Shown: piece by piece, positions 37,850 through 51,020 of the stretch
Layout: each line of letters starts with the position of its first letter
Numbering within the stretch: position 1 is the first letter of the stretch
Source of the DNA: Phoronis australis
Taxonomy: Eukaryota > Animalia > Phoronida
NCBI GenBank assembly: GCA_002633005.1
Contig: NMRA01000959.1
Span: forward strand, 24,252-88,251
Reading direction: 5' to 3'
Length of the DNA: 64,000 nt
The notes under the pieces: generated by a model
What the model was told of the DNA's origin: nothing
Seen by the model: the letters and a program-made list of their open reading frames with translations, nothing else
The model's database searches: none
Position numbers and translations under genes: made by a program

Positions 37850-40200
37850 ACGTCACACTTTTACTTGGTCACTGAAAAGTCACCACTGCACAATAATTCA
37901 AGTACTGTGTACTTAGAACCCTGTCCTTATTGGCGAAATTTATAATGATATTTACTTACACATGGATGTAGATTGCTGTTCGCGTAGATACATGTAATTA
38001 AAATACGTTGATAACCTCTATTTCATATTTCAGCCCATTAGCAGGCAGTTTACTGTCTATTACATAGCCGTGTGAGCTGGCAATCCCAAATTGGTTGGAT
38101 TGTTAGAGCTTGCTGTCAAGAACTGACATGGGATTTGGCGGTAATAAGCAGTGCGGACCAAAGCAATTGTGGTTCGACGTGTTTCGCAGATAGTGTATAG
38201 AACTGCTTCACCATTTTACAGTTTCACGATGTCTTCGTCTTTGAAGCGCAGGCAGGTGGACCAGGAGGGCGTTCCAGAAACAAAGTCTCAAGTGAAACAA
38301 GCAAGCTACATGTACAGCAAGACCTTGAAAAAGCACGAGAGACAAAAGTGCAAGTGTTTTTGAGGATGCTTGAGATTGTATCCGCTTGTCCAGGTAAAAA
38401 TTCTATATTTCCACACTTAGGTGACGCGGCAAAAATGATTGTTGCTTACTACACGAAGCTTCTTTTATCACCGCAAACGTGGAAGCGACGGTTCCCAAAC
38501 ATGCCAAACCATTACTACGGTGTAGTTTACCCACATCACCTCGTTTTCGGGCGAAATGGCGAATCCGTGCAAGTAGTGGCGGGCTACATTCAAAGAGAAT
38601 GGCAGGTGAGATTGAAATACTGTACGTATATAATGCTACAGAATTCACGATTTCCATCCCTTAAGTGCACATGTTTTGCAGTGTGTTGGTAGCCTAAGAT
38701 ACACCGGATTGAGTTCCGTAGGAACAACATTTGTTTGCGCTGCCGGCGAAGAATTTCAGCGTATTGTATTCATTGTTTTATTTGTTAGTTCAGTGATAAC
38801 CATGTTTCTACTGCAGGTCCGGCTGGTAATCTCCCAAGCATACTTCTGAAACACTTGACTTTCACTAAAATGACTTTAACAGATCTTCAGGTATCCTGAT
38901 TTTTGAGAGAAACTGGGCTACAAAACACTTTCCGGGTATACGTCACTACGGTGAGTCACATACATGCTATGCAATTGGACTCATTCTTACCAGTTGTATT
39001 CGATGTCGTGCGTATAGCAGGTGCCGTTCCGACTGCCGAAACTTCCTAAAACGAAATAAAATTCAGTGCACAAAATTAGTACAACAACATCTCTTCCAGG
39101 TAAATTCCAGGTAAACCGATTGACCTCAATAACACAAGAGCTGGTGAAGATGTCAAAAATAATATGAATGAATTTATGCATTTCTGATTCACTGACACTT
39201 TCTAAACTTTCCTCGTTGATAATTTATGGTGTTGCTTACTTTCAATATTGTATTTATGAGTTAAATAAACAACGGGTAGGTCCATATTTGATTTGCTTTG
39301 AATTTATTTATTTAAAATATTTTAAAATCACTATTTTTAATTTTCAAAGAACTGGACAACTCAAAACATTTTAATTTTAGAGCCTCCGTGCTGCCATGCA
39401 ATAGATTGCAGTGTTGTTTCAAAATGGAGCGATCCCTAGGATTGTATCAGCATAGATTAAACAATTCGACAGGCATCACGTCATGGCTGATCAAGGTGTT
39501 CAAATCACCTGGGTCAGTCAGGATTTTTAAGTCAGGTGTTTTTACGTGATATTAAGGCACAATGAAATGAGATCTCAATTGCCTGTGAAAAACTTGCATC
39601 GCGTAAAAACGTCGGATTTAACAGATCTTGTATATGTGAGATTTCTATAGCGAGCCCAAGGAGCAAGGTTGCATAAAGCATGATCAATGATTACGTCGTT
39701 TGATCTTTTCTGCAGCCTGGGTCAAATGCTTGCAGATTGTTCCGAATGGAAAATGTTTCAAAGTAATATGTTAAGTACTTTGATGACTTTGATGTTTCAT
39801 GCATATGGCCCCTGGCACTGGGACGTGTTTCTGTATATATCAAAGAAACTATGATTAAATAGGGGGCCTATAAATTCATAGTCTATTCCATTTCCAGTTG
39901 TTGATTGGAAAACTTCGAATTTGTGACTAGTACAGAAATAGATTCGTTCTTGACCAGGCCTTACATGGGCGGCGCAGCACAGGGGGCTGGGGGCTTATAG
40001 CCCCTTTTTATCAATGCTACACAGCCCATGATCTATAGGCGGTGCACTACAGGGGGCTGGGGGGGCTTAACCCCACTGTTTTCAGTGCTACGTAGTCCAT
40101 GCCTTGGATGAAAGTGGAAGACGTAAAAACACTGCAATAACAATCTCAAATCAAATCGATTGCTCCAATGGTCAGAGGCACGCAGGCTAAGATAAGAAAC
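37850..40200. repeat. Intragenic segmental homology block; paralogues at ~54600-56600 and ~60380-62620
   Basis: Collinear shared anchors: TATTACATAGCC, GGGATTTGGCGGTA, GTGCAAGTGT, AAATTCA..GCACA and TGCTCCAA..GGTCA. Confidence 0.85.
38991..39045 (-). CDS. Linker micro-exon (phase 0 to 1), module 1
   Basis: TTTCGTTTTAG|GAA...ACT G|GTAAG encodes EVSAVGTAPAIRTTSNTT; bridges the ZU5 exon to DED exon a; paralogues at 55545 and 61511. Confidence 0.75.
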
Positions 40201-40836
40201 GTAAGGATAAAAGGTTCACGCATTGTAACATAGGTTTTAGCAAAGCCACCTACTCTATAAAAAATCAGCGGTTTGATAGTATACCGGGAAATGCTGCATT
40301 GTTATTGCCGCAATACGAAATGACGACTCGTCCGGCGTTACTCAGAGGTGCCGTGTAGAATGCCCGTTGAACAATTGCACCAACTACTGGATAAGTCGTA
40401 GTGTATCTTGGATAATTTAGTCTTTAATATCAGGTCATACATTTCTTTGAACAGTTTTTCAACTTCAGAAGTACTGTACGAACGCATGTACATTATGTCG
40501 AATAAATACAATGAGTCAAAGATACAATGCACTAATCAGATTCATAGTTGTTTGTGGTATATTTTCTTGCTACAAATTATAATGAAATCAAAGTATGAAA
40601 AGCATGTGACCATCTATCCACAAATCGGTTCTGTATCAATGGAACTTTCATGCAGATTACAATCTAAAGCTTGCATTCCCAAGACGTTGTTTGTATACAT
40701 GTATACGTTACTCGGACAATATTAGGATTAAATCTACAGCGATTGCTATTCTCTAAGTTATGATGATGTAACGTATCACTGTTTTTATTTACTAAGACAT
40801 TTGCAATACCAGTGAAGCCAACAACGCAGACTCATG

Positions 40837-41414
40837 GTCCTCGCTGGTTCCCTGCGTGCCACTAGAACGCAGGTATCGCTTAATTTTCCTAGGGAATTTT
40901 TTTTTCACACCGGCGTTTCTGATTGGCTGGTCAAATTCTCAATAGGCAGCGCTTGATGCAAACAAACTGATATGACTGATGGATCAAGAGTAAAGTGTGG
41001 TCTGTTGTACAGACAAATCGGTTCTTCAAAATTTTTGTTCAGGAAATCAAACTCTCAGAAATTGGGGTGCGCCTTTTCGGAGTGCATCTTTCTACAGTCG
41101 GTGGCTTTTGTTTACGATACTACCCTGTATTCATAGAGTATGAATAACTCCGCAACGCTTAAATGGGCCATAGGGTCATGGTTTTTGTACATGTATGTGC
41201 TTCAAGCACGTTGCTATTAAACATTACTGCAGAAACGAAATAGTTCTTGCCACACCACTGGCATGGCAAGGCTAAAACTGTTCATAGTCCGCCATTTTTC
41301 CACGTTGTGATAAAGCTAACCAATGACTGTCGAGATTACATCAACCGATACTAAAGGGCGTACTACTGCGTGATACCAGCACGCTGGCTAGGCACGTAGG
41401 GAACCAGCGAGGCT
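40837..41414. mobile_element. MITE with ~24-bp TIRs, flanked by CATG
   Basis: GTCCTCGCTGGTTCCCTGCGTGCC at 40837 versus GGCACGTAGGGAACCAGCGAGGCT ending at 41414; CATG on both sides. Confidence 0.7.
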
Positions 41415-41515
41415 CATGGTTCACACTCCAAAACACAACACACAACGTGCAGTTGTACACACAGATATGTACAGGAATATTTGCTAACACTCAAGCAAGT
41501 TGAACAGGTACTTAC

Positions 41516-42363
41516 ATGGACCTCCACAGACATGTCTAGCAGCGGGGTCGGGTAGTTCAATGCATACACATACAGTTGAACTTTCCCAACTGCAAGGGCT
41601 TTAACATCAGGCATGACCTTAGAAAATAATTTTCCTGTTCTCTCACAAACACTCCTGTAAAGTTTCAAGTCCTTTGTAGACGGAAGTGTTGTCTTACTAC
41701 CACTTCCAATGCACCTGCAATCAACTTCAAACCACAGCGTGACTTCATTAGGCAAGCGCTGTTTTTCACTGTCATCTACACAGTTGTGTTGAAGGCCACC
41801 AGAGCACTCTACTTGCTCGCCATGACAAAATAGTTCAACTATGAACCCTTCATCTTGTCTACCGTTTAAATACGGGCATATCTTGCAAATGTATGACGTT
41901 TCTAAAATATGTCTGATCGCCATCAGCATGAAAGCGATAATTGAAGGGAGATCGGCCAGCCAAGCCAGATGAATATTTGAGAATGTTTTACAGTAGAAGA
42001 CTATTTCCTCCCCGTGCAGCCTGATTTTGCAAGCTTCAGTAACGTCCGTCACGTCACCATCTTTTTCACGCAATACGCGAAAGCCTTTGCTGTCTAGTCG
42101 TTGACCATTCGCCTTTTCCAACATTGTTCTAACAGTCACTCGAATTTCGACTGGGTCTGAGAATGTTGCATCTTCATCCGTGCAAGTCACATATATTCCC
42201 TGACAATGTAGGTAAGCCTTGCCATTCGTTTTGTCATGCACTGCTCCTGATAACAGCGGCTGATCAACACATTCAATTGTTATGTTCCCGGATATTGCGT
42301 TTGGTGGTACTCTAACCAGAACCTCTTTGCACCGAATGACTCCACCGGCTCCATTAATGGTTG
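41516..42363 (-). CDS. ZU5 domain + UPA-like region exon, module 1
   Basis: ATINGAGGVI..KEVLVRVPPNAI...FSDPVEIRV...CKTFS matches the ZU5 pattern (GG.L...GV.L.IPPGA, F..PV.L, HFS); 848-bp open exon with CTCTAG| acceptor and CAT|GTAAGT donor. Confidence 0.8.
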
Positions 42364-43229
42364 CTAGAGGGTAGAAATGATATCTATCAGTACGTGAGAA
42401 GGATTGGATCACCTTTCAATTAAACCAACCGCTTTCTTACTTCCATGTATTAGTTTTTGTTACCAATCACTTTAATGTTCAGATTTCGACCCATATGTCT
42501 CATTAATTTTTGTGTGCGCTATTTATAACAATCGGGACAGGAAGGAAAGCCCGCCAACATGGAATCGTACTACGCTTGCGCTAAAACAAATGACTCAAGT
42601 ATAAGAAGCATCTCTAGAAAATATACAAAGCGATGATATCGAAATGAGGACGTGTCACTATTTCTTTATATGTGCATGTCAAGAACTTATGAAAGTGCGT
42701 GAATGTGCGTATTCGACTAAAGATAAAAATATGCACCTTTCGCCTTTTCGGACAGATCATGCCTCTGAAGACGATCGGCCTTGTACTCAGTGTTTGGCCT
42801 GATTGACGTGGAAGCTGAAATGGATTAATGTCATCAGGTTGGTTTATGCATCATTCAGGAAACCTTGTTCATGAAGCTGTGTCGAATTTTGTGCAACAGG
42901 AATCATGAGCTTAGTTCATTTGTTGAACATGATCATTTTCTGGTTGCTCCGTAGTAACTGTCTGTGGTTTTAACTCTACCACAGTAAACCTCAGGTTGAC
43001 CTGAACAAACATTTGGGTACACTTTTAACGTTTTATAGCCATGCAGTTTCACGCTCTGGTTTTACGCCCTATATTAAGAGTTGCAGACATTTGTGGAATG
43101 GCGCTGATTCGGCCCACCTAGGAAGTTCATGCAACTGCCATTTAGTTCAAAAGACCAACTTGAAAGTTCCTGATCAATTGCAAAACGTTCTTTACAAATC
43201 GATGAGATTTTTGATCTCAGGATGGTCTT

Positions 43230-43420
43230 ACTGATCTCACGATGCAGGGTGGTCCTAGTGATCTCACGATGCAGGGTGGTCTCACTGATTTCACAATATA
43301 GGGTGTTCCTAGTGATCTCACGATACAGGGTGGTCATAGTGATCTCACGATAGAGGGTGTTTCTACTGATCTCTAGATACAGGATGGTCCTAGTGATCTG
43401 GGTCTTGCTGATCTCACGAT
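43230..43420. repeat. 27-bp minisatellite (GATCTCACGATGCAGGGTGGTCCTAGT), about 7 copies
   Basis: Direct repeats; a shorter homologous array lies at ~59100-59180. Confidence 0.85.
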
Positions 43421-43634
43421 ACTAACCATTACCCACAAAACAAATAAATGCAATGCGAGTACAGTTGAATTTCCAACGTATACAAAACATCAAACAAACC
43501 CGACCAGTACCAAACCATGACGAATTGATTGGAGTGTTTCAAAATATGTTTACAACTACTACATGTATCTTAGCTGTAATATCAGAATAGTTAAGTGCAA
43601 GTTATACAACTACAAGTAATCATCTGTACCCTAC

Positions 43635-43697
43635 CTTCTTCTTCCATCACTTTTTCTGGTGGGAACTGTAATGATGCTCTTGCTTCCATCATTAGTC
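43635..43697 (-). CDS. Inter-module linker exon (phase 1 to 1)
   Basis: CCATTAG|GA CTA ATG...GAA G|GTAGGG encodes (G)LMMEARASLQFPPEKVMEEE; 63 bp, keeps frame between the DED of module 2 and the ZU5 of module 1. Confidence 0.65.
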
Positions 43698-44257
43698 CTA
43701 ATGGAACACACGAACAAAGATAACTTTACAGCAGTTTACAATCAATGCAAAAGGTATAAGCAGGTGACAAAGAATGCCAACAAACAACCTTGGTTTTGGC
43801 CTAGATTTTTCCTCCGGCTGCAAACTCTGCTAGTAAATAAAGTAAACTGAGAAATAGTCCCCCTCATTTTTAATTCCAGGATTTTCTCACACAGATTTCG
43901 ATTTCTAGAACACAAGATTTTGTCATTGAATGTGCCCACTTTGATGAAGCGTGAAAGACCAACAAAACAATTAATTGAAGATACACAACATATTTTATGA
44001 AGATTTACATACTGTATGAAGATGTAAGGTATACTACTGATTTGAGCTCGTGAAAAACGATGTTCAACAAAGCGTCTCAGGTCTATTGCGGCGAGCGAGA
44101 GTGACCCAAGTCTAGCTCGTATTTCAACTTTGTCCACTTGTTTTTACGAGTATTATTCATCTAATTTCGATACCTTGTCACGAGTGGCAGTTGTTGGTTG
44201 TTGAAATAGTAATTTTTCGAGTTAGTAACAATAACGCAATTTTCCGTGAGACTTAAC

Positions 44258-45289
44258 TGTGACGTCACCGGAAGTAGGGCAAAAGCTTGTCGTTTGACCA
44301 TTTACCCGATGCGATAGCAGAGTGTATTGCGTTCAGCTTACTTCGAATTTTTAATCTTTTAGTGTGAAAAATGCCAAAAAAGCATTGCTATTATGGAAAA
44401 TGTAATTGAAATTCACGCTACGATGCGTCCGATCGCGTTCTGTACTACTTTCGTCCCCTGTATTTTAAACGGGCCGTAAGAGTTTCCACCCCTTCAAAAA
44501 TACATTATGCACTTAAAACTATCATTTAAAGTGCCCTTTTTCAGTGATCCTTTCTGCTTCTAAGCACATCCTCGATGAAGCAAGGCTACGAGAATTCAGG
44601 TGACTTTTGCAAAAAATTCCAGCTCAACTTTTGATTACCGTAGGTTTAACGTTTTCACCGCCCGCGCGATTACCACACAGGATTTCAACTGAATCAGGTG
44701 AGTATGAGGCAAATGCGTAACCTGGCGTGTGAAACTTGCGAATTAGCACTGGAAGATATCAAGTGAAATTTGTAAAATTTATGTCTTTTGGGCTGTTTGT
44801 TCGTTAACAGGCGTGATTTCGCGTAACTTCCTCAAAAGAGCATCCGGTGAGAGAAACTCGAGCGAATCGCGAGATTTTCATGTACTTATATTCTCAAGTT
44901 ATTTAATTGTTGATTAAATTGTATCCAGTCATGGTATGTGTTAATTTTAGCTCCATATATAAATATGCGTGGTTCATTTGATTTTTTGCTGTATTTCGAA
45001 ATGGGTAACTTTTTACGGGGATACACCATCACTCCTACCCCATGCCTGCGGCATTCAGGCCTAGCCCGGGTAGTGTTCAAATTTCAGTCCGTTCAGAGCT
45101 CCGCACAACACAAGTTCTTACTCCATTCACAGTTATTCCACGATCCATCTACCAGCTCCTGGGTTATGTTAACGTTTTAAGCGCAAAATTCTCCATAAGA
45201 ATTCCAGTAAAATTTAGCGTGTATAGCCAAGACACGGGGCAAAACAAGCGCAATATGGCGGGTTTTGCCCTATTTCCGGTGACGTCACA
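44258..45289. mobile_element. Internally deleted DNA transposon relic with 27-bp inverted repeats and convergent ORF starts (THAP-like and SAP-like)
   Basis: TGTGACGTCACCGGAAGTAGGGCAAAA (44258) versus its reverse complement at 45263-45289 (26/27 match); MPKKHCYYGKCN at 44371 (+); MENFALKT...DRGITVNG (-) near 45196. Confidence 0.55.
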
Positions 45290-46492
45290 ATGAATAATTG
45301 GAAACTCGCAAGTGAGGTATTGTCGTTTCCAGGTAAATTGCGTGTCACAACATCTTATACTACGAAGCAACAATATCTATCAGAAGAGCCATAAACTTAC
45401 AACAGATATTTAGCCAAGCCCTGGTCTTGTTAACACCCGAAGCCGAAGTAAAACTTGGTGTACATGTACACGGGACATTTATTAGATTTTTTTCACGTAC
45501 ATATTCAATGCCAAGTAAGTACATTTCGGTATCACGTGGCATTTCAGTGCTGACCTACATGTGCTTTCTTCAGTGCCGTACAAAGTCGAGCTATTTTAAG
45601 GTTTTGCTTCCATACAAAACTACCTATTTAACACCTTAGCAACATTAAACACAATACTTTGTTCAGATGAAATCTACACGTCATGAGTCTCGTGTATCAT
45701 TACGTCATTCGGCTTGAGCATAAAGTGCCTGGTGGGCGTTATTCTGGCGGACAGATTTTCAATCATATAATACAGGTTTGAATAGCGCTAGCGAATCAAG
45801 GGACTTGGACTAAGATTTTTAATGTTCACATCTCCAACGCTTTAATTGCAATCATACGGCAGGTCATTAATAGAATTTTGGAGGGCATTTTTTCAACATG
45901 ACACTGCATACGAGTGTACCTAGATACTCAAATACCTCGGTCGGTTATGGGGCGCCGATTTAACTTCCACGTCGATAAACCAAAGCCTTCATATGATCTG
46001 GTGTGAATATTTCCATTTAAGAAGGAATGGGCGACCAGGGCTACTCCCCGGCTCTTCGCTTTAGCGCCCATGTTCGTGTGAACCCCAACCCTCGAATTCC
46101 AGGCTGGCCAATTCAAGTAACCATGGCTTTTATCACCGTTAATTACCTAAAAGAGTAAAATTTGGATTTTGGGCACATAAAGAGAAGAACCCATGATTTT
46201 TCACAACAGGTAGATAACCGGGTTTGCGGGTACAGGAACGACCAAAAATTAAGGTAAAGGAAACGCTTGTATTCGGCTCGGCGCCAGTACTATGGAGGTC
46301 AATTTCCCTCTCGATCAAAAAATCACTTATGTCAAGCCGTGCAATCTTAACAAATGTTGTTGGGTAAAAAATAAAACCGCCACATAATATTATTGCCCAG
46401 TTCGTTTTGCCTGCCCATCAGTTTTATTGTCAATTTGCAGATTGTAGAACGCTTCCGAGTAGTGCGGGTTATTCTTGCATCCGAAACTGCGT

Positions 46493-46580
46493 CTTTGATA
46501 TCCAGTGCGCAGTCTTCATGAACTTTGATATCCAGTGCGCGGTCTTCATGAACTTTGATATCCAGTGCGCGCTCTTCATG
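46493..46580. repeat. 30-bp tandem repeat, about 3 copies
   Basis: CTTTGATATCCAGTGCGCNGTCTTCATGAA repeated. Confidence 0.85.
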
Positions 46581-48832
46581 AACTTTGATATCCAGTGGCA
46601 AGTGTATTCCGTGGCGGACTTCAACAACAGAAGTTTCTTCTTATGGCAATTTCAAATTTTATGTTTGTCCCTGCAGCGTCGGAGAATGAGGTAAATATCT
46701 GTCTACTAGCAACATGACAACATATTTCAATGTTCAAGACGTTTAGAGATAATTTGCTTCGCTTGGGAGCCATTTTGTAACACTTCAAGAAGCTTCATTT
46801 TGGCCGATAAACTCATGGTTATTTGAACAATTTTTATTATTCTAGTGTATTGCTATATTTGCAATGTGTAATACCAGTGCTTCAAATAGTCTTAGAAATT
46901 TAACGATGCACAAAATAAAAAGAGATCCTGGAAAACTTTGACTCTCCCCAAACAGAACTAATATTGTCACATCAACGTATATGAAACCATGTTTACTTGA
47001 AAATATTAAAAAGACTTACTGCTTTTTAAGATCGGTTAAAATTCAGTTTCATGAAGAGGTCATTTAGCACAAAATGGCTATGATTTTAGCCAAGAGGTGT
47101 GCTAAAAAAATCACGTAATTTTCAAAATACAAAACTTGAAAATTCAGATTTCTGCGAAGAAATCAAAGTGATACAAGATATAAATCTTACGCTCGTCTAT
47201 CATGTTTGTTGGAAATTTAGCTTGAAGTAATTGTGTATGGGTGTTTAATATAGGACTGTCGTAAACACAGTGAAAAGTGGGCACTTGCTCGTGGTTCTCT
47301 CAGTCACGGTGGTCCCTGGCTGATTAATGTTGGTTGTGACCTTAGGCCACTGTAAAAACCTAACACTCAAGTGCCAGAATTAAGCTTGAGCAAACTGTCC
47401 GCAACATTTAGTGTTGTGCCTGCACAAAAATGGCACAGGGCCTCAACTTGTTGTCATAATACTCAACACAATTGTGGTAGCTGCCACAATCGCGTATAAC
47501 GTTACCTTTGACGCAAACACATGGGCTTAGAAGCACATAAAGTGTTATTTTTTTAAACCATGACGCTTGAAAATTCAGAAATAATATAAATATTCCCACA
47601 AGGAAACCGTTCACGAGTGCCCTTACCACATGAAATCAGCATGGCATAATCCCTCTGTTTAGATAAGAACAATTTTTGCAGAATTAATTCCAGGAAATCT
47701 TCAGCCATGACACAACACAGTTGAAGAATTTCCTGTAAAACAGATCCTTGAGAGATTTATGAGATTCTAAAATACACGAGAAATCCAAAATAATAAATGG
47801 GTTATTTGGCAAGATCTTCTTTCTCTAAAAGCAATTTGCTTCATACAGGCAGTCTATTTGGCAGCCAAAAATTCGTTCATATTGTTAAACATCGTTGGTC
47901 ATTGACAGGGCAAGGATTACACTAATGAGGGATGGACCCCGCCTGTTTGAGAGCTTTCCCTTTGTGAAAACAGTGACTCTATGCAATTTAGTTCGGACAA
48001 GCCAGAGAATACTAGAAAAAATTTTGGGTCAGTATGGATTCTAATTTCATATACAGTACCGTCACTCAAATGACAACTGGAACCCTCCATTAGTATGTCG
48101 CCGTTTACCTATTCATTTAAGGCTGATATCAGTCTCACCATCAGGGATGGCACTGTCGTTTGATTTGAAGTAAAGTTCGAGTTATAGGTGATCTTGTTGG
48201 TCCTCAATATTTTTGAGTCACGATTTAATTCCTACCCGCGCCAACTTCAAACATAATTTGCGAATGCTGGGTTGAATGGACAGTTTAAGTTGCACGTGAC
48301 GGCTACGACAGGCATTTGCTTGTTCTGAGTATACGGCTGTTGGCTTTTCACACTTTAACTCACGTTTTGCTCTGCCTTGGATTTTCTTAAACACATACTG
48401 CTGACTAACGGGAAATTAAGCGGGATTTTTTTCGGAAAATTCATGAGACGTACAGATAATTTGGATTTTAAAAACATTTTGCTTGTCCACATTCACTTTT
48501 AACCTGAGTCCTTTGATGCAGAGCATTTTGTCGGTTTCAACGCATCTTTTTTCACTTCTTAGTAATTGCATGCAAACCATGGTTTTGGGGTCAAACTGCT
48601 GATTTTGTTCGTATTTTATCGAATAACCAGCTGCACTTCCAGAAATGGAAGAGATGGAAAATATTACATTGGAATCAGTTTCAAGAGCCTTTCTTGAGCG
48701 CCACCAAGTGGTGTAATAACACACTAATGACCCCTGCAATTCACTGTGAAATCCACCTGTTTACTAAATAATATTTATACCCAAGTGGTTGTTGAGTATT
48801 CACATAAAATTGGTCAACATTGTCGTTCATAC

Positions 48833-49005
48833 CTAGTCCCTTTATTTCACTTGACAGTTTTTCCACCAGTTCTGCAAGTTCCTCCAGATGGAGCTGGTGC
48901 AGCATGTGGGTCAATTCACTGTAATCTCCAACATTAATTATCGCTTGCCGCTGAAGCTGTTCAAGAAGTTCTCGAGTGTTTGTTACATTTTGCAGTACTG
49001 CTGGT
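48833..49005 (-). CDS. DED-like domain, exon b, module 2
   Basis: (K)PAVLQNVTNTRELLEQLQRQAIINVGDYSELTHMLHQLHLEELAELVEKLSSEIKGL; CTTTTCAG| acceptor and G|GTATG donor; 173 bp. Confidence 0.8.
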
Positions 49006-49300
49006 CTGAAAAGCAACAAGACATTCACAATCACATCAATCTAAAATCACACCTGCTCACATAAGCCTGAGCAAAAGTTGTACATGAGAATAAAAAACAT
49101 TCGTGATACAAATCAGGACGATTCCACAGTTCTCAAATACAAATTCGAACATTGATGAAGATTCTCAATAGTTTTAGCTCATCAGTTACACCCCATGATT
49201 ACCTCAGTGATGGGACTACTCTAAAAAAGAGTATCACGGGCAAGGTTCTGTAACATTTAACATTACCTATTGATATCCAACTTGCTTGAACCGATGTTAG

Positions 49301-51020
49301 GCCCCCGTCACACCAGAGGATCGGTGCCACCACGGATTTTGGTCAAAACAGTCATTACCGTAGTGACACCGCCAGTGGTATTTTCATAGTTTTCCCCTAC
49401 CCGTCACACATGCTTTCTTACGGTGCTACTCAGGTACAGGAGCGGAGCCACGGCGGTGTCAAGGAGGACATGGAGATTCAATGAGATACCACTGCAGCTT
49501 GATGGCGGTGCCATTGCGATCATTGGTGGCTAGACCGCTGTATTGGCGGCAGCTCTGCGGGGTCTGTGTGATGCCATTGCGGGGAAGGCAGTACTACTGA
49601 GGTGCTACTGCGTGGGCGCTGCTGCTTCAGAACGGCCCTAAGACGTATGCGCAGTGGCTATATATAGGAAATGGTTTTTGGTGCAATTCAGTCCCATATT
49701 CGCTCCTGCCGATGACTTTGCTACTACTGTTATTGTTACTGTTACTATCACATTCTGATGCCGCTGAAACTGTCACAGTGAGGAGAGCCAGCAAGGAGCC
49801 AGCTTCTCCAACACCAGCAGATGACGAGTCTTCACAGGATGTGCACGCTGATTGTGCTTCTGGTGCTGAAGATGCTGCAGAGTCTGACCACCAGTCCGTA
49901 ACCAGCCAACCAAAGAATAAAAAGTCTGCACTGATCTTAATGAAGAGGACGTCATGTCGGACTTGCCATGTGGCCATCCGGAGCTTTATAACAAAGAAGC
50001 TCAATGCTCATAAAGATAACATGTAGAAGAACTCTTCGTGGGCTGAGCAAGCAGCCAGACTTGATAAGCCAGTAGAATTCCTGCTGATATGGTATCGCCC
50101 ATCAGAGGTGTATCCACCTCCACCAACATCTATCCAGAGGAATTGGTATTCAGCGTCAACAAGTCCCATTAACACCACTGAATAGAATCCTTTTTAATTG
50201 TGAAAGAAGTTTCCACTGCTGGAAGGTTTGCGAATTGCGACGTGCTTTCCACCAAGAGCCCCACAGCAAAGCGGACGTCCTAACTCTGCTTAAACTAGTC
50301 GGCTACAGCTTTACATTCGCCTTGGGTCGTAGGACACTGGATCACCTCGTCTTTAGACGCTTCAGCAATGGCGTGGAAGACTTCCTTGACCAACACAGAT
50401 AGTGTGTTTGCTGGTATCCGGAAATAGAGCTTGATTAGAGCCCAGGTGAGGAAGAGTTGCAGCCACATTCGTCCCTGGGTGCAAGGCCTTTCTGTACTTA
50501 CTGTCCTTCTTTGTGATATGTGATCCAACCCTGGCAAGTAACTCATCAAACATCTCGGGCTGAATCTAGCCGAGGGAATTCTGGCACGGGGCTGGACCCT
50601 CTCTACTGAACTCGACCATAAGCTGGTTGTAGTTGCCAAAATGCTCACGTCTCACATCGCCCAGCTGAGGTCTGTCCCAGTGTCTTTTTCGTCTTGCTCG
50701 TCTTCTTCTTCGCTCCAGGGCAATTATTGGTTGCTCATCTTTTGACTGGTATTGCTGCACATGCAGCAACTGCTGTATGACGATAAAATGTCTGTTGTTA
50801 TCTGTCATTCCGTTGAGTTTTCAATACTGACTGTCGATCTGAACTCAAAATTTTTAGAACACTGAAATTTAAGAAGAAAAACGAACCTCATTTTCTAAAA
50901 ATTAGGATTGCTGTACCACTGCGCAAGCACCTCTGTGCAATCTCGGTGGAAATGTCATTGCCGTACAAGCAGGTCAAAAACGTCGCCGTAGGAACGAAGT
51001 AGCACCGCAGTAAGATGGAC
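49301..51020. mobile_element. PIF/Harbinger transposon relic: transposase (-) and Myb/MADF-like partner (+), internally deleted
   Basis: Minus: RRRRRARRKRHW...FDELLARVG..I.KKD..YRKAL.PG...CGALGGKHVAIRKP...KGFYSVVLMGLVDAEYQFLWIDVG. Plus: ELYNKK...K...WAEQAARLDKPVEFLLIWY. GGCCCCCGTCACAC terminus at 49301. Confidence 0.85.

Noticed and set aside
49712-50026. Secreted peptide (MTLLLLLLLLLLSHS...)
   Set aside because: The poly-Leu comes from a simple repeat inside the Harbinger relic, and the downstream part is the Myb/MADF-like partner ORF.
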